A DNA stretch of 64,000 bases. Origin: Macrostomum lignano (taxonomy: Eukaryota). The notes below the pieces were generated by a model. The model worked only from the letters and a program-made list of their open reading frames with translations. It was not told the DNA's origin and did not search any database. Each line of letters starts with the position of its first letter. Positions within the stretch are counted from its first letter, which is position 1. The stretch spans positions 186,001 to 250,000 of the forward strand of contig NIVC01000269.1 in assembly GCA_002269645.1 (NCBI GenBank). The letters are read 5' to 3'. Below, piece after piece: positions 9,432 to 20,417 of the stretch. A program made the position numbers and the translations under genes.

Positions 9432-11965
9432 ATGACGAAAGACGCTTCAACTTTTATTGGTAAGGGGTTCGCTTTCTTCATAAATTTTCTATAGCTGACG
9501 AAAGATCTATAAAATACGTATACTTGAATAAACGTTTAAGCCGAAACTTTTAGAACGATCGTATGGCAACCGCCCAAAACGAGACAATTTTTTTAATTTT
9601 TACCCTTTCAGATCATCGCCGACTGCTGCTGGTCTTCGCTGATGAACACAAAGACATGCTGATAAATTATACCGAGTTTATGGAGAGTAAATGCGGATTT
9701 TTTAGGAAGACATTTCCCCTCGCAAACATTTCTGACGGCTTTGCTGAACTCGACAGCGGTCCAGTCATTCAAGTTGTCTGCGCCGTCGTCTGCTCGGAGA
9801 CATCCGCATGCAACATGGAAGACTTCCTGAAGCCTCTTATTGCTCGGTTTGGGAAAGATGTCGATCAGCTGCTGCTGTACTGCAGAGTCTGTGATGGCAA
9901 CCCAAATGAGAAGGATGAAGAATTAAAAAGTAAATTCAACGCCAGTGGATTCGAATACAAAAATTCGACAATTTCTTACATTGCTGACAGTTCTGACAAT
10001 ATTAGAAAGTTCCTAAGTGACAGCCTAATCAAACAGAAGACCAAGCAATGGAATGCCGAAACTTGTGCAGCTGATGTTCTTTACAACATTGAGGGTTTTG
10101 AAAAATTGTGCGTACAAAAGACAAAGAATTTTTTGCGACACATCTCGGAACCACATACGTCTGGGCAATCTGGCGCCATTTCATTCGCTGAGCCGTTTAC
10201 CAATCATATCAACACACAGATCACCGACAATTCGTTGATTTATCCTAATAGTCGTGAAACTTTTCCGAAGGCTCTTATCATTTTAAACATCTACCCAGAA
10301 AAGAATATCAGCAAAGCAATGCTCACGGACTGGAAGCGTCTGCTGTGGCTGTTCGACAAACTGCAGTTCAAAGTCACAGATGTGCAAACCGACGCCAGTA
10401 CTGAGAACGCAGCAGAAACCAGTGTGAAGAATTTTGCAAACTCTGAATACCATGGAGATTCGTGCGTCTTAGTGATTCTGTCTGAGTGCAAGTTCAGCCA
10501 AAACTTTATTCGCAAAACCAGCGACTCTATGGCAGCTGGCGAAAAACTCCAGGACAAGCCCAGACTGATCATCCTGCAGCACTGGGAGACCAAACCGCCA
10601 AGTGCCGATGGCGCGCCCGCTGGACTTTCCCAGTTCGTGCCGGCTATTGTTGACTCAATCCGGACCCGCCGCAAACACACAATGCCTGAAGTGCGAGTTC
10701 ATCCGCATGGCGGAATGATTTGGTGCCAGCCGGCTGCTGCAGACTCCGACACTGATGACGGCAGCTCACTTGTTTGGGCGATCTGCGACACCTTCATCAA
10801 ATATTCAGCCACTGAGGACGTGGTGTCAATGATTTCGCTGATCAATGAGAAGCTGAAGGCCTCGCCTCCACTGTGGTGTGTGCAGACTACCAAGTATTTC
10901 TTCATCACAGACACCAGTCGTCCATTGAATAACTCACGTGAGTACCTTTTTTGAGCTTATTCAAATTATACTTCGTATTATTATATTCCATAACTTATCT
11001 TTCGACTGTGAAATCGTTTTGTCGAATTGTGCAGTTGCTCTGTGATTCGGAATTACGTGCATTATTACTAACCAGAACAGGTAGAAAAGAGCAAATGTAT
11101 TCGTAATTACGTTAAATCAGCCAGCACAAAAAGGTAGCACAATAAGCTAATGAGGGTCAGTCGATGGAAAATCTTAAACACTATTTCAGTCTAAAAGCTG
11201 CCTCATTCCATCGATAAAATGTCTCTTAAAAAACCTTTTTCAGTCGAGCCACCTTCCACTAAAGAAAGCGCAAAAGCGGGTCTCGCCTTAATAATTAATA
11301 ATTACACATTTAAGAACGACTGTACTGGTAAATTTGTAAGAGAAGGAAGCGACATCGATCGTGAAAAATTGAAAAGTACTTTCAAAAAGTTTGGTTACGA
11401 CACTAAAATTGCGGAGGATCTCAGTGCAGAGAAAGTTCAATCTGAAGTGAAACAATTTGCCGATGATAGCCGTCACGGTGACACCTGCATTGTGGTCATC
11501 ATGTCCCACGGAAAACTGGGAAAAATCATTGGAGTTGATCACGCGGAAGCGTCGGAAACGAAAATCCTAAAAATACTGAACGATAGCAAAAGCCTTTCAG
11601 GAAAGAAAAAACTCGTCATATTTCAGCTATGCCGAGATCACCCAGATGGAAGCCCATCGAGCAATTCTGCAGACCATCCCACTCGACTGGTCTACCCGGA
11701 CATGATCGTGGCGCACTCGACAAGCATAGGTGAAAAAAGCTTTCGCAGCACAGATCAAGGCAGCCGGTTTGTGAATAGCCTGTGCGATGCTCTTGACAAG
11801 TTCGGGAAAGGCTCAGACATCGTCTCGCTCATCAGTGCCATCAACTGCATTATGATGAGAAGTTTTTACGATGAAACTAGTACAATTAAAGATGACACCC
11901 AGCTGCCCTTCTGGCTGGTGCAGACCACGGGCCCTTTTGTTCTCGCCAATCTTACGGATGGCTGA
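9432..11965 (+). CDS. Multi-caspase-domain protein B (degenerate fold - pseudo-caspase - active caspase), 691 aa
   Basis: Predicted exons 9432-9459 (MTKDASTFI, donor G|GTAAGG), 9612-10937 (acceptor ccctttcag, donor C|GTGAGT) and 11244-11965 (acceptor cctttttcag). Both introns are phase 1. Total 2076 nt = 691 aa + stop. Confidence 0.75.
9612..10937 (+). CDS. Gene B exon: degenerate caspase-fold domain plus pseudo-caspase domain (paralog of 2355-3782)
   Basis: SLIYPN, PKALIIL, HGDSCVLVILS-EC (His replaced by Glu, 10484), KPRLIILQHWE (Cys replaced by Trp, 10583), RVHPHGGM, WCVQTTKYFFIT. Alignable by eye along its length to the gene A exon. Confidence 0.85.
11244..11965 (+). CDS. Gene B terminal exon: caspase domain with intact dyad (also readable as a 248-aa ORF from ATG 11219)
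   Basis: GLALIINN, VREGSDID, IMSHG (His 11507-11509), IFQLCRD (Cys 11630-11632), DMIVAHST, SFRSTDQGSRFVNSLC. Confidence 0.92.
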
Positions 11966-12930
11966 GAAGTCGCTCGCACTGGTTCCGATAAGGGCTTTGG
12001 CATCCGAATAAGGGCAAAATGCATGACAGACACTCGCAGTGTTAATTTTTTTATTTATATCACTAATTCAATTTTAGCTTCTAAAACATTGTTTTTAAAC
12101 AATCATAAGCCCTACCGTCAGTAGAATTTTTTTGACATTTTGCGTTTTTCAGTCGGTGCTTGCGCGATATTTATTGGTTTATAGACGCACAATTTTCTGA
12201 TTGTTGCAAATTATAGTGCCTCTACTTTTACCATGGCCAAATGTGCCAATGGATTGATTCTGTTCTACGCGGCCACCCACATTGAAATAAAAAAATTAAG
12301 AAATAAAAAATACCAGGGAGCGGGCACCCTAGCTGCAGTCACTGCAAATGTACAAGCTTAGATTGCTTCCTTCATCATCACAATCACAATATACTAAATC
12401 TTCATCACAATATACTAAATCTCTAAGGTTTGTTTGTTTTACCGGTATCACAATATACTAAATTTCTAACGTTTGTCTGTCTTATACTTTAAATCTCTAA
12501 GGTATGTCTGTCTGACCGGTATTCCAGTCTACAGCCTGAATGCCTGAACCGTTTTTTTTAACATGCTTTATTCAATTGCAAATTCTTGTGAGATTTTGTG
12601 GATTTAATTGTGAGGCAGAATCCTTATAAACTATGTATATTACTTATAACAGTAGTTAAACCCGAGTTTTAATCACAGCCAATCAGAAATTTTCTTCCCC
12701 ATTTGTTTAAATTCTCCAAGCAAATCAAATTCTTTTGTTATAATTTTAGTAATTGTTAAAATGCGTCCCACCTTCCCCAAATTTTCTGTATATATGGAAT
12801 CAGGTTGACGCTAGAAAAATATAACCTCGGCGATCGTTCTCAATAATTGCCTTTAACTATTCTTGCGAGAATCTTTTAGCGAAACAAATCTAAATTTGGC
12901 TAAGACTTATCTCGTTATTTCTTTCATAAG

Positions 12931-13060
12931 ATAGGGAAACCAGAGGTCGTGGAGACCCAAAACCAGGACTCTAGATAGGGAAAACCAGAGGTCGTGGAGA
13001 CCCAGAACTAGGGATCTGGTTAGGAAACTTGAGGTCGTGGAGACCCAAGAATAGAAACCT
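12931..13060 (+). repeat. Three degenerate tandem copies of a ~45-bp unit (GAGGTCGTGGAGACCCA core)
   Basis: The core motif is visible three times. Confidence 0.75.
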
Positions 13061-13834
13061 GAGTAGGGAGATCGAGATCGTACAGATCCTAAGAAAGCCG
13101 TACAGGCCAATAATAGGCATTAGGCATTAAGAGATTAGGTATTAGGGAAGTAGATTAGTTACCGCTGGACACCCTTGATCCCTGGAAAACGCTAGACTTT
13201 CGGACTGAACTAGTAGGGAATTAGACAGTGTCTTACCGCTCGGGCACTACACTCTATCGCAAGGTTTCTAGGAAATCGTGTGAAATTAGAAATCTCTAGG
13301 AAAGAGTCATAGATTAGGGCTGCCAACGCTACTCAAAGTAGATATATTAGTGACAATTTATAGGATAGAGAAATTAGAACTAAAGGACTGCAGCAAATTG
13401 GTGAGATAATTTCAGTAGGAACCAGAAGGGCTAGCACAATTGCATTGAAAAATTCGAATGGGAAAGTGGTTAAATATTCGAAAAACGAGTTTTCCCAATG
13501 CTTTCAATCGGAGGCTAGAAAAGGTCAAAATCTCGACTAACTGAATAGCAATTCCAATTAAGATTGCGCCACAACTTTTCTCTTTTCACTGTGTAGGCCT
13601 CAATACAGGCTGCCGTGTGCAGCGGAGAGGAAAATACACAGTGGCTGCGTGTGTACATTCTGACCCTGGCTCTGACTCCATAGAAAATTGCTATTTATAG
13701 ATCTCACTCAACTGTGCATTGGCTCTGCCTGCATACAACCTGTGCACACTGAGCAAGCCTATCACTGCTATGAACATGTATTTGACTGCAGTGCCGAAGC
13801 ATATATGGCAGATTTTTGTGCTCTCCGATCAGTA

Positions 13835-13917
13835 GGTGGAATAGCCGAGGTGTAGGCACTAGGATTAGGTTTAGTCTCGGCATAAGGTCCAAGGTTCGAG
13901 TCTGCCTCCTCGGCGGA
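13835..13917 (+). pseudogene. tRNA-Leu(TAG)-like sequence (pseudo-tRNA or SINE head)
   Basis: A-box TAGCCGAG, 3-bp D stem GCC/GGC, anticodon arm CTAGG-ATTAGGT-TTAG (with G-U pairs) carrying TAG, long variable region, B-box GGTTCGAGTC (13893-13902). The T stem and acceptor stem pair poorly. Confidence 0.55.
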
Positions 13918-14431
13918 TGATTAAAATCAAATAAATTTATTCATATATAGCTTGGACCTCAACTAATTGGAATATTTTTTGTTGAATTAGCAAAGCAAAG
14001 CCAGCTACAGTGAGAGGCCTGCAAGTTAATGCATTGAAATTAAAAACCAAGCCAATGCCCAGGACTAATTGAATAGCGACACCCGCCCCTCAATTTCAAT
14101 ATCAAAAATGTGTTGCGCAACCTTTCAACGCTTGTAGCTCTCCACGCGAGTGTAGAGAACCAATGCTATAGTTGGCACTGAGTTATGATGCAATACAATT
14201 GCATCGACAGTCAGAATGCTTCTCAATCAAAAAGAAACTGTTTGAACTTTAAAAAACGGGGCAAAAAATCGAGTTTTTCGAATATTTAATCCCGAAAAAA
14301 TTAAGCATTCCTTTGCAAAAAATGGTGTACCAGCGCTCCATAAATACGCATCGAATGCAGAAAACCCCACAAAATTCTGACTACGCAGAGTCAAGTTAAA
14401 CGAAGGTTCCTATACATATATATAGATAGAT

Positions 14432-15010
14432 AGGTAGGTAGGTAGGTAGGTAGGTAGGTAGGTAGGTAGGTAGGTAGGTAAGTAGGTAGGTAGGTAGGTA
14501 GCAGGGGCGTAGCCAGGAAATTTGATTGGGGGGGCCGTGAGTTAGGGGGCGCCAGCTTCTTATAGGGGGGCGCCAGTTTCTTTTAGGGGGGGGGGGGCGC
14601 CAGTTTCTTATAGGGGGGGGGGCGCCAGTTGCTTTTAGGGGGGGGGCAGTTTCTTATAGGGGGGCGCCAGTTTCTTTTAGGGGGGGGGGGCGCCAGTTTC
14701 TTATAGGGGGCGCCAGTTTCTTATAGGGGGCGCCAGTTTCTTTTAGGGGGGGGCGCCAGTTTCTTTTAGAGGGGGGGCGCCAGTTTCTTTAAGGGGGGGG
14801 GGGCGCCAGTTTCTTTTAGGGGGGGGGCGCCAGTTTCTTTTAGGGGGGGCGCCAGTTTCTTTTAGGGGGGGGGCGCCAGTTTCTTTTAAGGGGGGGCGCC
14901 AAGGCCAGAGTTGGTGATTGGGGGGGGGGCCACGGCCCCCCTTGCTCCCCCTCTGGCTACGCCCCTGGTAGGTAGGTAGGTAGGTAGGTAGGTAGGTAGT
15001 TAGGTAGGTA
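14432..15010. repeat. (TAGG)n microsatellite interrupted by a MITE
   Basis: TAGG runs at about 14432-14501 and 14968-15010. Confidence 0.9.
14502..14967. mobile_element. hAT-like MITE with an internal G-rich minisatellite
   Basis: Perfect 15-bp TIR CAGGGGCGTAGCCAG (14502-14516) / CTGGCTACGCCCCTG (14953-14967). GTAGGTAG flanks both sides, consistent with an 8-bp TSD. Internal GnCGCCAGTTTCTT(T/A)TAG repeats. Confidence 0.8.
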
Positions 15011-15399
15011 CATAGATTTTATTTTTAGTATGGTTGGATTTTTAGTATATCTGACTAGCCATTTAGCCTTTCTCCGGGTGGCTTCTTAGCAGTTTTGCGC
15101 TTGTCTATAAGCAGTTTTGTACAGTCGCTGAGCAAATGCCACTAATCTGAAAGCAGTTTTGCAGTAGCAAATATCTCAGCAGTTTCAGACCGAATTATAC
15201 TGAGTTACATTTCTTAATGTTTGTAACTTTGCGATGTCAGTTAATTAAAAGGTCTCTTACGGCTCGTATAGTTATTCTATATTTTTTGTCTAAGTTAGTC
15301 TTGTTTTCACAATATTAAATTTCGCACTAGTTGCACGATAAACCTGACATGAGGATTACCATCAGAGTTGCTCTACTCTCCCCAGTTTGGCACCACTCC

Positions 15400-16620
15400 C
15401 ACCCTGATAAGCACACCACTCCCACCTTGATTAGCACCACTCCCATCTGATTAGCACTCTCCTCACAGATTAGCACTGCTCCCACCGGGATTAATATCCA
15501 CTCCCTCAGATTACCCCCACTCCATACATTAGCACCAATCCTCCAGATTAACACTACTCCCCATATTAGCCCCAATTCTCCTATATTTGTCCCACTGTTA
15601 GATTAGCCCCACTCCTTCAGATTTGCACTACTTCCATCAGATTAGCACCAGATTATCACCACTCCTCCAGATTAGCCTCCCTCCCCAGATTAGCACTGCT
15701 CCCCAGATCAGCACCGCTCCACAGATTAGCACCGCTCCTCAGATTAGCACCGTTCCTAAGATCAGCACCGCTCCCCAGATTAGCACCGCTCACCAGATTA
15801 GCACCGTTCCTAAGATCAGCACCGCTCCCCAGATTAGCACCGCTACCCAGATTAGCACCGCTCCTCAGATTAGCACTGCTCACCAGATTAGCACCGCTCA
15901 CCAGATTAGCACCGCTCACCAGATTAGCACCGCTCCTAAGATCAGCACCGCTCCCCAGATTAGCACCGCTCCCCAGATTAGCACCGCTCCTTAGATTAGC
16001 ACCGCTCACCAGATTAGCACCGCTCCCCAGATTAGCACCGCTCCTCAGATTAGCACCGCTCACCAGATTAGCACCGCTCCTCAGATTAGCACCGTTCCTA
16101 AGATCAGCACCGCTCCCCAGATTAGCACCGCTCACCAGATTAGCACCGTTCCTAAGATCAGCACCGCTCCCCAGATTAGCACCGCTCACCAGATTAGCAC
16201 CGCTCCTTAGATTAGCACCGCTCACCAGATTAGCACCGCTCACCAGATTAGCACCGCTCCCCAGATTAGCACCGCTCCTCAGATTAGCACCGCTCACCAG
16301 ATTAGCACCGCTCACCAGATTTGCACCGCTCCTAAGATCAACACCGCTCCCCAGATTAGCACCGCTCCTAAGATCAACACCGCTCCCCAGATTAGCACCG
16401 CTCCTAAGATCAACACCGCTCCCCAGATTAGCACCGCTCACCAGATTAGCACCGCTCACCAGATTAGCACCGCTCACCAGATCAGCACCGTTCCCAAGAT
16501 TAGCACCGCTCCTCAGATTAGCACTATTTCCCCCCAGATTAGCACCACTACCCCAGATTAGTCCCACTCTTCCAGATTAGTCCCACTCTTCCAGATTAGT
16601 CCCACTCTTCCAGATTAGTA
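15400..16620. repeat. 18-bp minisatellite (CCAGATTAGCACCGCTCC) with degenerate flanks
   Basis: Dozens of directly visible units; they explain the STAPQI and SGANL ORFs. Confidence 0.95.
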
Positions 16621-16803
16621 ATAAATACCTGAGTAGTAGCACATACTCACAACAGACTTGCACTGCTCTAGAAGATTAATGCAGTCCCAGAATAATATTA
16701 TTAAATGAACATTTCAAAAAATCTGCATCAATCTGCATGGGAGGAGACATCATTATTGCCACGAGTTAAGAGAAAAACTTTATGCCTCACTGCAGACTGG
16801 ATA

Positions 16804-17173
16804 GAAGCTACTCCGTACGTTGCTTGGTCTCTCCACCCCAAGCACAGCAGCCTGGTACATTGAATAGACTATTTTATTTCAAATATTCCCATTCCTACGG
16901 CCATATTTTTTGCCATGGCTGAGACTCAGACACCGGGTCCTTGGTCGGTTTAGGGGCAGGCATAGAAACCGTCCAGCCAAACCGTCTAGCTAGAGCACAT
17001 AAAATTGAAATTGAAATAAAAAATGATTGCAATTGAATAGCCGCGTGTAAGCCGAAAACACAAAAGGGACAAAATGTGTTTATTGAATCCTTGTTTTTTA
17101 TTCGCACAATATCTTTCACAACACTCGATGATTTGCTTCTACTTCTTTACACATCGTTTAGTTCGTGTGGTTG
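16804..17173 (+). repeat. Interspersed repeat, copy 2 (of 8146-8619)
   Basis: Direct sequence match, lacking the 96-bp segment. Confidence 0.9.
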
Positions 17174-18330
17174 TGTGACGCGACCCTTCTTGTTCGGTGC
17201 CGACGGCTATGCACTTATAAATAAATGAGTCTACGTAGCAAGAAAGTTTAGAATTTTAACTTCGACTAAATACTTCGATTTTATTTAACCGTATTATATT
17301 ATTTATTTGAAGACAGGAGTTAACTGTTGCTGTTAAATTATTGGTAGTAAGTACTAAGTATGGCGAATAGGCACAACGCGGCGGACAAACCAACAGCACA
17401 CACGAGCCCAACGAGACAAAAAAACTAGAGAACAAAAATGCGATATAACCCACTTTTAAATAATACAATACCCGTATTTCTATGAATGATACAGTAAAAC
17501 AAATTTTATGTATAAATATAGAATAAATTTAAGATTCGTTTAATAAATAGTAGCTAGATTAATAATATAATACTAAAAAGGCATTAATAACACTAGAATA
17601 TTTTCAGAAATAAATATCAACATCGTTACAGTTGATAAAAATACTGTACATATTTTATTATTCCATGATTTATGATTTGTAGATTTCCTGGAAAGAAAGA
17701 TCGAGTAGATTCTTAGAATTTAAGGAAAGAGAGTGCAGAATCGGAGGGAGAGCGGTTTCTTAGAACTCAGACAGAGAGAATTCTGGGTGGTAAGAGGTGG
17801 ATTCGAAAAGAAGAAGTTGAAAAAGAATCGGATGGTAGATGATAGAAAATAAATGAAGTATATTCTTTCTCAATATGCCAAAAATTAGTGTAGGTGTGTC
17901 ATGCCGTGTTATGCATCTGTGATGAAGAAACAGTCAGAAGCAACTCGAATCATAAAATTCGAGTAAAAATTAACAACCAGTTACCGTTGCGTATAGGCAG
18001 CATCTATACGCTGAGTGTTTACCCTCTATATTTAATTTTCATGTGCACTCATTTTTATGACAAATCCACTGCAGTTCTCATGAATAAGAGATGATTCAGT
18101 GATTCAGTGATGGTGCGATCAGCGGGACATTATGGTACTCAGTGGGAACTCGAAGTAATTATAGCTGCAGCCAATACTCGTACCTGCTCCGATGAATATA
18201 GAAATTGGGAGCGTTGAAGACCCAGTTGATTTACACGAACTGTGGGCGGTGTTATTACGATTATTGATTCCGCTTTTAGTATGAAATCCTCTCACTGAAA
18301 AGTGCATCACGCAGCGTTTTTTTAAATTGC

Positions 18331-19120
<790 letters not shown>

Positions 19121-20417
19121 CTTGCATTGTACGAGCTACATTTATACTCAACAACATTGAAAAGTCGCCACTCTATGCGCCAGTGAGCAATTTCTCTTGG
19201 ACTATTCTGAAATAAAAGATACGAGAAAACTGAACGAAAATAGCTCGGATTTCTCGAGTCCACGGAGAGCCGTGACTAGTCGAGTCCATGCCATCGTGGA
19301 CCCATCCTCTAGTCGAGTGTTTTTTATGTAGTGGAATGCCTGACTAGTCCGGGCCGATGGGCTGAAACAGAAGCTCTAGGCGGTTGAACAGGCCAAATAG
19401 AAAATCGATAACCCTCTAGCCACCACCCCAACTATATCTAGGCGTGAATAGAAATCGTTGGCCACATGTACATACAAGCAGAATTGCAGAGTGAATCTAG
19501 CGGAGTCGACGGGGGTAAAAGTGTACATTAGAATTAGAAAAGCACGCACTTGTTAGAAAATCGATAATCTTGACTCACCAACCCTATGCACTGACGGGGA
19601 AGACGGCAATAAGAAAGTTACAAACTACTGCATGTAAGCGGCCTAGAAAGACGCAACACATCATTGGATGCACTATCCAATTAAGGCTAACATTGTTTGT
19701 AGTTCATATTATTTGTGTTGCACAAACCGTTGAATAAAGTAATCTCCGGCCTTTACATTCGTTTTCTCGAATTAACTGAGTCTGTTGAGGCAAATCTAAT
19801 TAATTTGTATCAAAATATACTCAGCAACACTTTAATAAACTACATGTAGCTAGAATAATTCAGCCTTAGACATCTCAAACTCTTATAAAAATGACTTTTA
19901 AGACAGAAGACTCAATCAGGACTGTTTCGTATAGTTTTATTGTCAAAGAGTTCTAATAACCGGTATTGATTTTATTGTTCAAACTTAACTAAACACACAC
20001 AAAATAGATTTAATGCTTTAATCGTCAATTTGAAAAGTAACAAAAACTAGTTTAGCAAATTAACAAAACTAGCAAAACACCAATAAAAATTGAAACAATA
20101 ATTATAGTAATTAACGCACAGATTTTAACACTTTAACAAACAGATACTAACGGTGAAACATTCGGAATAGAAAAATGATTAAATTAAGAGCAACTCTACA
20201 GTAGTACTAAATATATAGTTAAAAGAAAAATAAATAAATTTCACCTGGATAAATAAAACTGGTTTCTTGACAAAAGTAGTGCGCCTAACTAATTTTGACG
20301 TTAATTAAATTTTAATAGTCTACTTTGCAATTATGTATTTCAATCCGGACTTGAGAAAGCCTTCTCAATCCATCAAAAATCAGAGTTTTGTTTAATTTAG
20401 TGCCAACTTTCAAATTT

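Noticed and set aside
9554-9560. 7-nt microexon candidate (ttttag|AACGATC|gtatgg) in gene B intron 1
   Set aside because: Including it shifts the frame relative to exon 9612; the direct 9459/9612 join is in frame.
15656-16567. 303-aa (G/V/R)SGANL hexapeptide ORF, reminiscent of a beta-solenoid protein
   Set aside because: It is fully explained by an 18-bp minisatellite with no stop in that frame; there is no signal peptide or unique flanking domain.
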